A DNA stretch of 64,000 nt from Vulcanimicrobiota bacterium. Lineage in GTDB: Bacteria; Vulcanimicrobiota; Vulcanimicrobiia; Vulcanimicrobiales; Vulcanimicrobiaceae. Numbering within the stretch: position 1 is the first letter of the stretch; each line of letters opens with the position of its first letter. Below, in pieces: positions 1 through 9,958 of the stretch. The stretch lies in the NCBI GenBank assembly GCA_963833095.1, contig CAWHWQ010000004.1, forward strand, positions 64,001-128,000. Direction: 5' to 3'. The notes beneath the pieces were generated by a model. The model was not told the DNA's origin. It was given only the letters and a program-made list of their open reading frames with translations, and searched no databases. The translations under genes were made by a program, and so were the position numbers.

Positions 1-188
1 CGAACGATTTCCACGATCTCCTCGTAGCGCAGCAAGTCTTCGCGCGCGAGCCACGGCAGCCCGGATTCCGGCATGCAGTAAACGCAGCGCAGATTGCATT
101 TGTCGGTCACCGAGACGCGCAAATAGGTAATCGGCCGATTGAAGGTATCGGCTAATGGCTCGCGCGTGAGGTCGACCGTAGTTTTCAT
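1..188 (-). CDS. moaA: GTP 3',8-cyclase MoaA (5' part, runs off the window)
   Basis: Manual translation MKTTVDLTREPLADTFNRPITYLRVSVTDKCNLRCVYCMP: radical SAM CxxxCxxC in the typical MoaA context; moaDE and moeB are in the same operon. Confidence 0.92.
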   Translation of the reverse strand, partial: MKTTVDLTREPLADTFNRPITYLRVSVTDKCNLRCVYCMPESGLPWLAREDLLRYEEIVEIV

Positions 189-197
189 GGCACCTTG

Positions 198-773
198 TTA
201 CTGCGTGAACAGCGAATCGGGCAGATTCGGATTCAGCTGGTAGCCCGAGAGGGTCGCGGTGACGTCGCCCTTGTAGCTGGGCTCTTCCACATGACCGGTC
301 TGCGACGTGACCAGAGCATTCCCTTGTATGACGCTATAGCGGTTGTCCACGGACGCCCAGCCGCCGTTGGCGTAGTCCCAACGCTCCGCGCCGATCGTGG
401 CGGTCGCGTCATCGACGGTCACCGTGATCTTGCGGACGTTTCCAACTTCACGCGGGACCAGCGCGAAGGTCGTAGTGTGGCCGTCGTCCGCGGTCTGCGT
501 CACTTCGTAAAGTGTGTTCCAGCGCGCCGGCGGCTCGATCCGCGGGAAGAGCTGCGAGAATCCCTGCGCAATCGCCGGCATTCCGCTGGTGACCGCGACC
601 TTGTTGAGATCGGGGTCCTTGTGATAGTACGTCGCGACGAGGTCGGTTGAGAGAAACGGAAACGTTTCGAGCGCGACGTGCGCGTGCATCGTGGCCGAAT
701 AGCTGTGCAGATCGGGATTGAGTCCGATCATGCGCGCAAGCAGATCGGCCAGTAGAATGACTAACAATTTCAT
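198..773 (-). CDS. Hypothetical exported protein (possibly LolA-like, beta-rich)
   Basis: 191-aa ORF, hydrophobic N-terminus, C-terminus NPNLPDSLF; 4-bp overlap with queG. Confidence 0.6.
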   Translation of the reverse strand: MKLLVILLADLLARMIGLNPDLHSYSATMHAHVALETFPFLSTDLVATYYHKDPDLNKVAVTSGMPAIAQGFSQLFPRIEPPARWNTLYEVTQTADDGHTTTFALVPREVGNVRKITVTVDDATATIGAERWDYANGGWASVDNRYSVIQGNALVTSQTGHVEEPSYKGDVTATLSGYQLNPNLPDSLFTQ

Positions 774-1891
774 GGAAGTGCTGCGGAGATCTCCTCTAGG
801 ACGCTGGCTTCGGTTTCAACCGTGGCGTGTACTTGCAAGGCTTCGATCGCTCGCGGCGCGGCGATGCGTCCGAGCGCCCAGGCTGACGCACCGCGCACCA
901 TCGGATGGGGATCGCGTTGCAGGGATTGCACGAGTGCAGGGATAGCCGAGCGATCCAGCGCGTTTCCAAGCCCGATTGCTGCGTTACGCCGCAACACCGC
1001 CGCGCCGCGCCACCCCATCGCCGTGCGCGCATAGCGCCGCTTGAATTCTCCACTGCGAAGCTGGAGAAGCTCTGTGAGCGCGGGCGCCGCGCTCGCAGCA
1101 TCGTAGGGTACGAATGCGTCGCTCCCTTGGTTTCCGGCATTGCGAGTCGGCGGGCAGACGGTCTGGCAGATGTCGCAACCCCAAATCCAATCACCGAGCA
1201 ATGCGCGCATTTCGCGCGGTATTGGATCGGTTCGTTGGGTAAGGTCAGCGATGCAGCGTGTGGCATCGATCGTGTAGTCGCCGCGCAGCGCACCCGTCGG
1301 GCATCCCTCGATGCAGCGCACGCACGAACCACAACTCTTGCGCAGTGGTGCATCAGGCTCAAGCGCGAGCGTGGTCACGATCTCGCCAAGAAACACGAAC
1401 GACCCAAGTTCCGGCGAGATCAGGTTGGTGTGCTTGCCGATCCACCCCAAGCCCGCGCGCGCCGCAAAGGCACGCTCGGCGATCGGTTTTGTATCGCAGG
1501 CGATGGCGGTCACCGCTGCGTTGGCGGCGCGGTCGACCTCCGCCGCCACCCTCGAAAGCAGCTCACGCAGGCGGGTGTGATAGTCAGAGGACCACGCGTA
1601 GTTCGAAACGCGCCCATGTAGGGGTGGCCGGGTTGGCTCTGCGGTTGCATACGGGACCGCGATACAAATGATGCTGCGCGCACCAGCGAGTATGACTTGC
1701 GGATCCGCTGCCGCCCGCGCGTACTGCGCGTCGTAACCCCACGTGGCCAGGTCGCCGCGATCGAAGGATGCGCGCATGCGCTCGCGCGACTCGGGATCTT
1801 CGCGAGCATCGACGACGCGCACGTCGCCGGCGCCAAGCGCTCGCGCGCGCTGCGTCGCGAGCTCCTTGATCGCACCGAGCTGCGCGATCAC
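770..1891 (-). CDS. queG: Epoxyqueuosine reductase QueG
   Basis: RVSNYAWxxDYH, GLGWIGKH, CGSCVRCIEGCPTGA, WGCDICQTVCP and C-terminal HEAT-like repeats. Confidence 0.93.
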   Translation of the reverse strand: MIAQLGAIKELATQRARALGAGDVRVVDAREDPESRERMRASFDRGDLATWGYDAQYARAAADPQVILAGARSIICIAVPYATAEPTRPPLHGRVSNYAWSSDYHTRLRELLSRVAAEVDRAANAAVTAIACDTKPIAERAFAARAGLGWIGKHTNLISPELGSFVFLGEIVTTLALEPDAPLRKSCGSCVRCIEGCPTGALRGDYTIDATRCIADLTQRTDPIPREMRALLGDWIWGCDICQTVCPPTRNAGNQGSDAFVPYDAASAAPALTELLQLRSGEFKRRYARTAMGWRGAAVLRRNAAIGLGNALDRSAIPALVQSLQRDPHPMVRGASAWALGRIAAPRAIEALQVHATVETEASVLEEISAALP

Positions 1892-2739
1892 AGGGTCGCG
1901 AGCGGTCCCTTGCGCCCCACCGGAAAGGCGGCGTCGATCGCGTCGATGTCACTTGCATCGAGATGAAGGTCCCCTGCCCCGGCATTCTCCTCGACGTGCC
2001 CAACGCTCGATGACTTGGGAATCGTAAACACGTTGGGCTCGCGGGTGAGAAACGCCAAAATCACTTGCCGCGCCGTCGCTCCATATTTTGCTGCAATGCG
2101 CTCGAGCACGTCACCGCCGTTACTCGATGAGCGCGGGAACTGGCCGCGGCCAAACGGCGTATAGGCAACGATCGCGACATCCGCGGCGAGCGCGGTTGGA
2201 ATAAGGTGATGCTCGATCCCGCGCTCTCGCACATGATAGAGCACTTGATTGCACGCAAGCGGGATCTCGCCAAGAAGCCGGCGGGCTTCGAGCATCTCGT
2301 CGACGTCGAAGTTGCTTACCCCGACGAAACGCGTCTTGCCTGCATGAACGAGATCGCCGAGCGCGCGCATCGTTTCGTGCAAGGGAACCGCACTCGGCCA
2401 GTGCAGCATATACAGATCGAGATGGTCGAGACGAAGGTTGTTCAGACTGCGCTCGCAGGCTTCGATCGTACCTTTATAGGTTGCGTTGCCCGGCAAGACT
2501 TTGCTGGCGACAAACAGCGAGTCGCGCGCGATGCCGGCGATCGCCTCGCCCAAAATGCGCTCCACGGCGCCCGCGCCGTACATTTCCGCGGTGTCCAGAT
2601 GCGTCATGCCGAGCTCGACACCGCGCCGGAGCGCGCGAATCGCCTCGGTCTTGCGCGCGCCGCTCTCGGGAATATCCCAGGTTCCCTGCCCGATCACCGG
2701 AACCGAAACGCCGGTTGCACCAAAGACTTTGTGCTGCAT
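1888..2739 (-). CDS. Aldo/keto reductase
   Basis: IGQGTW, DTAEMYG, DLYMLHWP, VGVSNF, IPKS motifs. Confidence 0.92.
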   Translation of the reverse strand: MQHKVFGATGVSVPVIGQGTWDIPESGARKTEAIRALRRGVELGMTHLDTAEMYGAGAVERILGEAIAGIARDSLFVASKVLPGNATYKGTIEACERSLNNLRLDHLDLYMLHWPSAVPLHETMRALGDLVHAGKTRFVGVSNFDVDEMLEARRLLGEIPLACNQVLYHVRERGIEHHLIPTALAADVAIVAYTPFGRGQFPRSSSNGGDVLERIAAKYGATARQVILAFLTREPNVFTIPKSSSVGHVEENAGAGDLHLDASDIDAIDAAFPVGRKGPLATL

Positions 2740-2753
2740 ATTTCGACTCTACC

Positions 2754-3857
2754 TCAAAAAAAGTCGAATGACTCGTGCATCGCCGCATAGGCAAGCAGAC
2801 CACCGTGGAGATGGCGGATACGGGTGAACCCGGCGTCACGCAAACGCCGCACCGCCCAGAGCGACTTAGCGCCCACTCGGCATGCCACGATGTAGGTTTG
2901 GGCGCTATCGAGTTCGTGCAGCCGGGCTTCGAGTTGCGACGCTGGGATGTGTAGCGCGCCTTCAACTATTCCCAGTACCGCTTCGTGCGGCTCGCGTACG
3001 TCGAGAAGCGTTGCGCTCGCGAGCGCATCGTCCAATTCCGCCGGACCGAGATCGCTCTCGTCTTCGCTCTCGTCGAGTTCGGTCTCGACAGCCTCGAGAA
3101 TGGTGGGGCGCTGCGCGCACACTGCGCAGCGCGGATCGCGCTCGAAACGCACCTCCCGCGTGCGCGCGCCTAAACTTTCGATCGAGCAGGAGACGCCCCG
3201 CGAGCGGTTCGCCGATCCCGAGCAGCAGTTTGAGCACTTCGTTTGTTTGCCACGTACCGACCAGCCCGGCTAACACGCCGAGCACGCCGCCTTCCGCACA
3301 GGTCGGCACCGCGCCGGCCGGCGGCGCATCGGGATAGAGGCAGCGGTAACACGGACCGCCCTTGTAATTAAAGATCGCTGACTTGACCGTCGAACCGGAA
3401 GATCGATGCGTAGACGTCGGGCTTGCCCTCGAGGACGCAAGCGTCGTTGATGAGGTAACGCGTCGAAAAACGATCGGTGCAATCGACGACGACGTCGTAA
3501 AGGCGCACGAGCTCGCGCGCATTGCTCGTATCGAAGCGGCGTGGGATCGCATCGATCGCTATCGATGGATTGATCGCCTGCACGCGCTCGGCCGCGACCG
3601 TCGCTTTACGCTTGCCGACATCGACGGTTGCAAAGATGGTTTGCCGTTGCAGGTTCGTGAGATCAACCACATCGTCGTCGACGATGCCGATGCGACCGAC
3701 ACCCGCCGCGGCCAAATACTGTAGCACCGGCGAACCAAGCCCTCCCGCGCCAACGACGAGCACGCGCGCAGCGGCAAGCCGCTCCTGACCGGCTAAGTCC
3801 GACTTCGGGGATCAGCAGGTGACGGCTATAACGGCGCAGCTCGGAGCGACCGGCCAG
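2754..3857 (-). CDS. moeB: Molybdopterin-synthase adenylyltransferase MoeB with C-terminal rhodanese domain (MoeZ-type); frameshifted in the assembly, start approximate
   Basis: ELRRYSRHLLIPEVG, VVGAGGLGSP, LTNLQRQ, GPCYRCLYP, CAEGGVLG and rhodanese DVREPHE...CRVG are spread over several frames. Confidence 0.85.
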
Positions 3858-3859
3858 GC

Positions 3860-4583
3860 TTAGGCGCGCGGGTGCAGGTCGATTCAGCCATTGCAGCACT
3901 TCACCGCGAGCATGTTCGCCCGCATAGGTGTGATCGCTTTCGATCGATGCAAAGCTCTTGGGTTCGGGAGCGCGGTCGTAGAGCTCGCGCACGCTTGCAG
4001 GCGAGACCATCGCATCGTGCGCCGCCGCGACATAGAGCGCGGGCCGCCCCCGCAACTTCGGCAGCAATCGTTCGAAGGATGCGTCGATACCGTCGAGCAG
4101 TGTGGGCAAATCGACGCCGTCGACGTAGGACGAGCGAAAATCCGTGGCTCCCGCGGCGCGCAGCAGCATTCAGTGCGCTTGGCCGCCCGTATCCGGTGGC
4201 GATGGCGACCGACCCGGCGATCGTACGATCCGCCGCGGCGACAAATAGCGCGGTGATCGCGCCCATGCTGTGGCCCATCGTATAGAGCGGCTCGTTGCCG
4301 CGTTCGCGCGCCGCTGCAACAACCGCAGCCATGGCGTCGACGCAGTCGTCGAATCCGCGTAGCTCACCGCCGCTCGCGCCAAGCTTGTGTCCGGGAAAAT
4401 CGAGGTTATAGACGCGAAATCCATGGCTCTGCAGAAACGCGCACAGAAAGTCGAGATTGTGCTTGCTCGATGAATAGCCGTGTCCGGCGACAATCGAGAC
4501 GTTGCGCGGACGGCGCGGTTCGTAGACGCAGCACCGCGACGTCGTTGTGCTGCGCGCAGACCCGGATGCAGTTCGAGGGGCAT
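3860..4583 (-). CDS. Alpha/beta hydrolase (frameshifted)
   Basis: HGYSSS, DFPGH, nucleophile elbow GHSMG, catalytic D (HDAMV) and H (SDHTY) across frames. Confidence 0.8.
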
Positions 4584-4596
4584 CAGCTACACGGCG

Positions 4597-5022
4597 CTAG
4601 CACGCGTTGGCGACCCATTCCCCGGTTCCGTCGGCGTAGCGTTCCTTCTTCCATATCGGAGCGCGCGCTTTGAGTTCGTCGATCGCGTAGCGGCAGGCAT
4701 CGAACGCGTGCGCGCGGTGCGCCGAAGCCGCACAGACCGCGACGGCGATCTCGCCGATGCGCAGGTCGCCGACGCGATGCACGATCCCAAGCCGTACGCC
4801 GCGGATAGCGTTCGCCAGCCTCGCCTGCGATCGCGGCGAACTCGGCCAACGCCATAGCTTCGTGCGCTTCATAGAGAGGCCGGTCACGGGACGCCCGTCC
4901 TCCGCGTGCTCGCGCACGACGCCGAGAAAGATCGACGACGCCGCCGAACTTGTCAGTCGCGCACCGCGCGCCTCGAGCGTGCGCGGATCGATCGGATCGC
5001 GAACGATCGCGAAGAGCGCCAT
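4597..5022 (-). CDS. moaE: Molybdopterin synthase catalytic subunit MoaE (local frameshifts)
   Basis: FLGVVREH, HRVGDLRIGE, AHRAHAFDACRYAIDELKARAPIWKKE. Confidence 0.9.
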   Translation of the reverse strand: MALFAIVRDPIDPRTLEARGARLTSSAASSIFLGVVREHAEDGRPVTGLSMKRTKLWRWPSSPRSQARLANAIRGVRLGIVHRVGDLRIGEIAVAVCAASAHRAHAFDACRYAIDELKARAPIWKKERYADGTGEWVANAC

Positions 5023-5024
5023 CG

Positions 5025-5274
5025 CTATCCGCCGCCTACCGGCGGAAGCAGCGCGATCTCGTCGCCGTCGCGACCCGCTCCTCGAGCAGAGCGGCAACGC
5101 GGCCGTTGCGCGCCATGCGGGTGACCGATGCGAGCGAATCGACCCGATTGTTACGCGTACGAGCGCCTCCCAGCAATCGACCAGCGTTGCGCCGTCGGGC
5201 ACGACCATATCGAATTCACTCTCCCCAAGCAGTTCGCGCATTCGCGCGAAAGCACGCACGCGAACCGTTAGCAC
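5025..5274 (-). CDS. moaD: Sulfur carrier protein MoaD (frameshifted)
   Basis: VRVRAFARMRELLG N-terminus; C-terminus DEIALLPPVGGG with stop at 5025. Confidence 0.85.
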
Positions 5275-5278
5275 CGAG

Positions 5279-5536
5279 TCAAAATCCTCCGATATCGCTG
5301 GTGTAGCCATTTTCTGCTAGCCAGGCCCGCGCCTGCGCGTGATCGGCAAGCATGTCGATACGATTGCAAATCAGTTTATGCAACATCACTTCCCAGAAGT
5401 GCTGATCCTTAGCGTACACGTCGTCAGGTATTTCATTTTCGGCGCGCGTAAACTCGCGCAGCGCTTGCCAATCGCGATCGCTCAAAATCTTGCGCAAGCG
5501 CGCTTCATATTCGGGGGTCGGTACGCCTTGCATCAT
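5279..5536 (-). CDS. Small hypothetical protein
   Basis: 85-aa helical-looking ORF, ATGA-coupled to the upstream HAD gene, inside the moa operon. Confidence 0.65.
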   Translation of the reverse strand: MMQGVPTPEYEARLRKILSDRDWQALREFTRAENEIPDDVYAKDQHFWEVMLHKLICNRIDMLADHAQARAWLAENGYTSDIGGF

Positions 5537-6351
5537 GCGCTGCGCTTCCGACCCTCGCGCGGCTCGAGCACGAAGCGTTCGATCGCGCGTGCGACGCCGT
5601 CGTCGTCGTTGCTAGCCGTCACGAACGGTGCGGCCTCGATGACTTCGGGCAGCGCATTGGCCATCGCCACTCCCACGCCCGCCCATTGCAGCATCGGCAC
5701 ATCGTTACGCGAATCGCCGATAGCCATGACTCGGGTCTTATCGACATGGAGATCGCTGCAGAGTTCGGTCAGCGCGCGTTCTTTGGTTGCCTCTTCGCTG
5801 GTGATCGCAAGCTCTTCGAAATCGCCCCAGGTTTCAAATTTAAAGTGCACCGGCAGATCGTTAAAGCGCGCGCTGATCGCATCGACCGCCGCTTTGCCGA
5901 AGAAACGAATAAAGGTCGAGTCACGCTCGGCGAGCGGGGTCAGATCCGGCACGTCGACCCAAAGCGGACCCTGCATGTCGTCCATGTAGCGCGGCGCGCC
6001 GGCGATACGATGGAATCGTTCGCCGGTGTACACAGCAGTATCGAGGCGATGTTCCTGCGCAAATTCAATCAGGGGCGTAGCGTATTCACGCGGAACGGCG
6101 AGATGGCGCCGCTCGCGGCCACTCGGGCAATCCTTGGTGAGCGCCCCATGCGCGCAAATGATCGGGTCGGTCAGGCCGAGCTCGCGCCCAAAGACAAGTG
6201 GGGCGTCGGCGCCACGGCCCGTGATGAGGACGATATGCACGCCCAGAGCCTGGGCCCGCTTGATGGCGCCCCGGTTTGCCGGAGAGATCGCTTCGGTGGA
6301 GTCGAGGAGCGTGCCGTCGAGATCGAGGGCGACGAGTTGGATGGCTGGCAC
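5533..6351 (-). CDS. Cof-type HAD hydrolase (subfamily IIB)
   Basis: DLDGTLL, ITGR, GDSRNDVPML, AMANA, NDDDGVA; likely GTG start at 6351. Confidence 0.9.
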   Translation of the reverse strand: MPAIQLVALDLDGTLLDSTEAISPANRGAIKRAQALGVHIVLITGRGADAPLVFGRELGLTDPIICAHGALTKDCPSGRERRHLAVPREYATPLIEFAQEHRLDTAVYTGERFHRIAGAPRYMDDMQGPLWVDVPDLTPLAERDSTFIRFFGKAAVDAISARFNDLPVHFKFETWGDFEELAITSEEATKERALTELCSDLHVDKTRVMAIGDSRNDVPMLQWAGVGVAMANALPEVIEAAPFVTASNDDDGVARAIERFVLEPREGRKRSA

Positions 6352-6475
6352 CCCCCCAGCATAGCGCGGGCCGTCAAGCGACCCCTCTCGATGGGGACCG
6401 CCGGCGCAACCGCTCAACCCGAGGAAGCGTTAGGGAAAACGTTATGCGCTGTCGATGTTCGGAGCTACTTTAACC

Positions 6476-7927
6476 ATGCCATGTACGGCCCCGGTGCCGA
6501 ACCTCACGGCTCGTGAACAAGCGCAGTTCATCCACGAAGCGATACCGCCCGGACTCTTCCGGATCGACGACGAGAGCGAACGTATCCCATGGCGCGTCAG
6601 CCCCGAACCGTTTGCGCTGACCGCGAAGCACCGTCGACGAGATCGAAGAGCTCGGCCACGACCTCCTCGCCTTCTACCGGGCGCTCAACAGTCTCTACAA
6701 TCGCAGCGCGCGCGGAACGGCGCCGGCCTTCATCGCCGAGTATCTCGATCACGGCAAGCCCGAGCAGATCGTGAAGCTGGCGCGCCAGAATCGCTTCAAG
6801 CAAGAATTCCGGGCGTGATTCGTCCCGATCTCATCATCACCGACGACGGCTTCGTCGCCACCGAACTCGATAGCGTGCCGGGCGGCATGGGGTTCGTCGG
6901 CGCGATGGCCGAGGCGTACTGCAGAGCCGGGATCGAGAGCGTCGGCGGCATCGACGGTATTCCGCGCGGCGTTCGCCGCGATGCTCGCGCATGCGAGCGG
7001 CAAAGAGAACCCGACGCGTCGCGATCGTCGTCTCCGACGAATCGGGCGACTACCGCGGCGAAATGACGCTGGCTCGCCGCGGCGGTGCGCCGCCTCGATC
7101 TCGCGAAGCGTGCGTGTGCGAGCCGCAAGACGTGATCTTCACCGAAGACAGGCGCTCTTTGTGCGCCTCGAAGACGGGCGCGAAGAAAAGACTCGACGTC
7201 GCTCTACCGCAACTTCGAACTCTTCGATCTGCTCAACGTTCCCAAGCAAGAGCTGATGCTCTACGCGGCGCGGCACAACCGCGTGCAAGATGACGCCGCC
7301 TCCCAAAGCCAACCTCGAAGAGAAGCTCTCGTTCGCGCTCTTCCATCATCCACGCGCTCGCGACGCTGTGGCGCGACGAACTCGGCAAAGACGACGTTCG
7401 ATCGTCTGCCGCGACGATGATTCCGCAGACGTGGGTGCTCGATCCGCGCCCGCTGCCGCCGCAAGGCGTCATCGCCGGGACTCGAGAGCCGGCGGCGTGC
7501 CGGTCACGGATTGGCGCGCGCTCATCGACCTCGGCAAAAGCGAACGCGACTACGTCGTCAAGCCGTCGGGATTCTCCGAACTCGCGTGGGGTTCGCGCGG
7601 CGTCAAGATCGCCAACGATCTCACCAAGGACGACTGGACCGCCGCGATCGAGAAGGCGCTCGAGTTCGTTCGATACGACGCCGTACATCTTGCAGCGCTT
7701 CCACAAGAGCAAACGCTTCGCATGCCCTACTTCGACCGCGCGAGCGAAGCGAGATCAAAACGTTCGACGGCCGCGTGCGACTGTGCCCGTACTATTTCGT
7801 GACCGGCGAAACGACCGTCCAGCTCGGCGGAATTCTCGCCACCGTCGCACCCGCCGATAAGCGGTTGATCCACGGCATGATCGACGCCGTTATGGCCCCG
7901 TCATTCGTAAAAGAGAATGGCTATTAA
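6476..7927 (+). CDS. Uncharacterised ATP-grasp-like (glutathionylspermidine-synthase-like) ligase; multiple frameshifts
   Basis: Stitched frames give VIRPDL...TELDSVPGGMG, VLYRNFELFD, LEEKLSFALFH, YVVKPSGFSELAWGSRGV, YILQRF, GRVRLCPYYF. Confidence 0.65.
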
Positions 7928-7931
7928 CCCT

Positions 7932-8141
7932 TTGTCATCCCGAGCGTAGGCGCGTGGCGCCGTAGTCGAGGGACCGCCTAACGTCTCTGCCTCCGACATT
8001 CGGCCTCACTAAGCGCCTCGCGTTTCGCACAAAAGCTACACTGTCAGGTGCTCGCCGCTCGGCTAACCCGTTCGGCCGACCGGCGGAGGCGAGCCGTTGC
8101 GGCGATCCCTCGACTACGCTTCGCTACGCTCGGGATGACAA
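7932..8141. repeat. About 210-bp inverted-repeat element (REPIN/MITE-like) built from two head-to-head TTGTCATCCCGAGCGTAG..CGTAGTCGAGGGA units
   Basis: Left end TTGTCATCCCGAGCGTAG, right end CTACGCTCGGGATGACAA; complementarity continues inward (GCCTCCG/CGGAGGC); lies between convergent genes. Confidence 0.85.
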
Positions 8142-8145
8142 CGCG

Positions 8146-8805
8146 CTAACGCTGGCGGGTGACTGTTAGCCCTTGGGCAGTTACATCGATTTCGTCGGGC
8201 AGATTGGTCGCGGGATCGTACCAGATGGTAAACGGTGCGTCGCCGCTGAACACGATCGCCACATCCGCCGTTGGGATACCGGCCGGCCGTTGCGGTGTTG
8301 CCGAGGTGTCGGGAACCAGCGGTGCCGACCGTCCAAGTTCGGGTACGACGACAAGGAAGGGCGCGTTATTCCACGCGCGCATCTGAGCCGGAAGCGGCAA
8401 AAGCCCGGCGAAAAGGCCGAAATCGGCGACCACAAAGTGCTTGGTGCTCGCAGGCAAATCGAACGATGCGTTCTTGCCGTGCACGTCGGTCACCGATGCC
8501 GTTGCGTTCTGGATGCGAGCTGAGTCTTTCAATGGAGAGCCGTCTTCGGTTGCGTTCATCTGATAACTAAGCGGAGCAAGATCCGCATCAAGGATCAACG
8601 TGTCGTTCGCGCTCGCCGCCGAGCCGCTGAGCGCGCCCTTGACCTGCTCATCGATCACCGTCGTCGCACCGACGTTCCGAACCGTGAGGGTCGAGGTGCC
8701 GACGTTCGCGCCGCCCATCGTTGCGGTGTACGTGTACGTTCCCGGCGGAATCGGCGGCACAGGCGCGGCCGCGACTAGTCCGGTCGCAAGCAAGAGTCCA
8801 ATCAC
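8146..8805 (-). CDS. Hypothetical secreted protein
   Basis: Likely GTG start giving MIGLLLATGLVAAAP (signal peptide), beta-rich body. Confidence 0.65.
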   Translation of the reverse strand: MIGLLLATGLVAAAPVPPIPPGTYTYTATMGGANVGTSTLTVRNVGATTVIDEQVKGALSGSAASANDTLILDADLAPLSYQMNATEDGSPLKDSARIQNATASVTDVHGKNASFDLPASTKHFVVADFGLFAGLLPLPAQMRAWNNAPFLVVVPELGRSAPLVPDTSATPQRPAGIPTADVAIVFSGDAPFTIWYDPATNLPDEIDVTAQGLTVTRQR

Positions 8806-8815
8806 GGACGGTCCT

Positions 8816-9958
8816 TTAAGCGGTGAGCGATCGCGCGTGCTCCGGCACGAGTCGCAAGAGCGTATCGATCTCGTCGTGCGTGTTGTATCCGTGCGGCGAA
8901 ACGCGAATTCCGCTTGACCGCCAGGTCGTAACGACGCCTTCCGATTGGAGCGCACGTCCAAGCGCGACGGGATCGACCCCAGGGAGCGTGAACGTGACGA
9001 TGCCCGACGAGATTCCGGGCCCTCGCAGCGTCCGAAGGTTGGCGCCACACGCGCGCAGCCCCTCTGACAAATGGTCGGTCAGCTCCAGAACGTGAGCTCC
9101 GATCGCCTGGGTGCTTGCGGCCTCAATCACTGAGATCGAACGGTCGAGTGAAACAGCCCCGATAAAATTCGCGGTGCCGCCTTCGAACCGCGATGCATTC
9201 GCAGCGAACGGCTGGTCATAATTGAGAAAATCCCATACATCGCCCATCGAACGCCAGCCAGGCGAACCGGTCATCAAGCGGTCCTGTAACACGTCGCGCA
9301 CGTAGACGAAGCTTACGCCCTGCAGCGCGAGCAGCCACTTCTGACCGCCGCTAAACAGCAGATCGATGTCGAGCGCACGCACGTCAAGCGGAAATGCGCC
9401 GAGTCCTTGGATCGCGTCGACGCAGAACCATGCGCCGCGTTCGTGCGTCACTTTCGCCAACGCTTCCAGATCGTGACGATAACCGTCTTCGAAAGACACC
9501 CATGACACCGTAACGACGCGCGTGCGATCGGTCATTCTCGCTCGCAGTACGTCGGGCGTCATCCGTTCGCGCGAGGTATCGATGAAGTCGATCTCCACGC
9601 CGAGGCGTCGCAGCGCAAGCCACGGAATCGCATTGGCGGGAAATTCGTTGTCGGAAAGAATCACCCGATCGCCGGGTTGCCAGTCAAGGCCTTGCGCGAC
9701 GACGTTCGCACCGTCGCTGGTATTGCGCAGTACGCCGATCTCCGAGCCGGTCGCGCCGATGAAACGCCCGATGTGCTCCCGATAGGCGGGCATCTTCATC
9801 TCATAGCGTGCGACGCCGACGACGCCCTCGTTTGCTTGCGCGTCAAGAAACGCCGCCAGCGACTCATGCGTTTGCTGCGGCAAGATGCCCGTTGCCGCGT
9901 GGTTGAGGTAGACGTAACGCTGCGTTACGAAAAACTGCGAACGGGGAAGAGGGGTCAC
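8816..9958 (-). CDS. Class V PLP-dependent aminotransferase family enzyme
   Basis: YLNHAA, DAIQGLG, SGGQKW (PLP Lys), FEGGT, RVSPHGYN. Confidence 0.88.
   Translation of the reverse strand: MTPLPRSQFFVTQRYVYLNHAATGILPQQTHESLAAFLDAQANEGVVGVARYEMKMPAYREHIGRFIGATGSEIGVLRNTSDGANVVAQGLDWQPGDRVILSDNEFPANAIPWLALRRLGVEIDFIDTSRERMTPDVLRARMTDRTRVVTVSWVSFEDGYRHDLEALAKVTHERGAWFCVDAIQGLGAFPLDVRALDIDLLFSGGQKWLLALQGVSFVYVRDVLQDRLMTGSPGWRSMGDVWDFLNYDQPFAANASRFEGGTANFIGAVSLDRSISVIEAASTQAIGAHVLELTDHLSEGLRACGANLRTLRGPGISSGIVTFTLPGVDPVALGRALQSEGVVTTWRSSGIRVSPHGYNTHDEIDTLLRLVPEHARSLTA

Noticed and set aside
4597..5310. MoaD-MoaE (MoaX) fusion suggested by the 237-aa ORF
   Set aside because: MoaD has its own PPVGGG-stop at 5025 and MoaE has an ATG at 5022; the long ORF results from indels.
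6363..6475. Riboswitch in the divergent intergenic region next to the moa operon
   Set aside because: No recognisable Moco or other riboswitch consensus by eye; an Infernal/Rfam scan would be needed.
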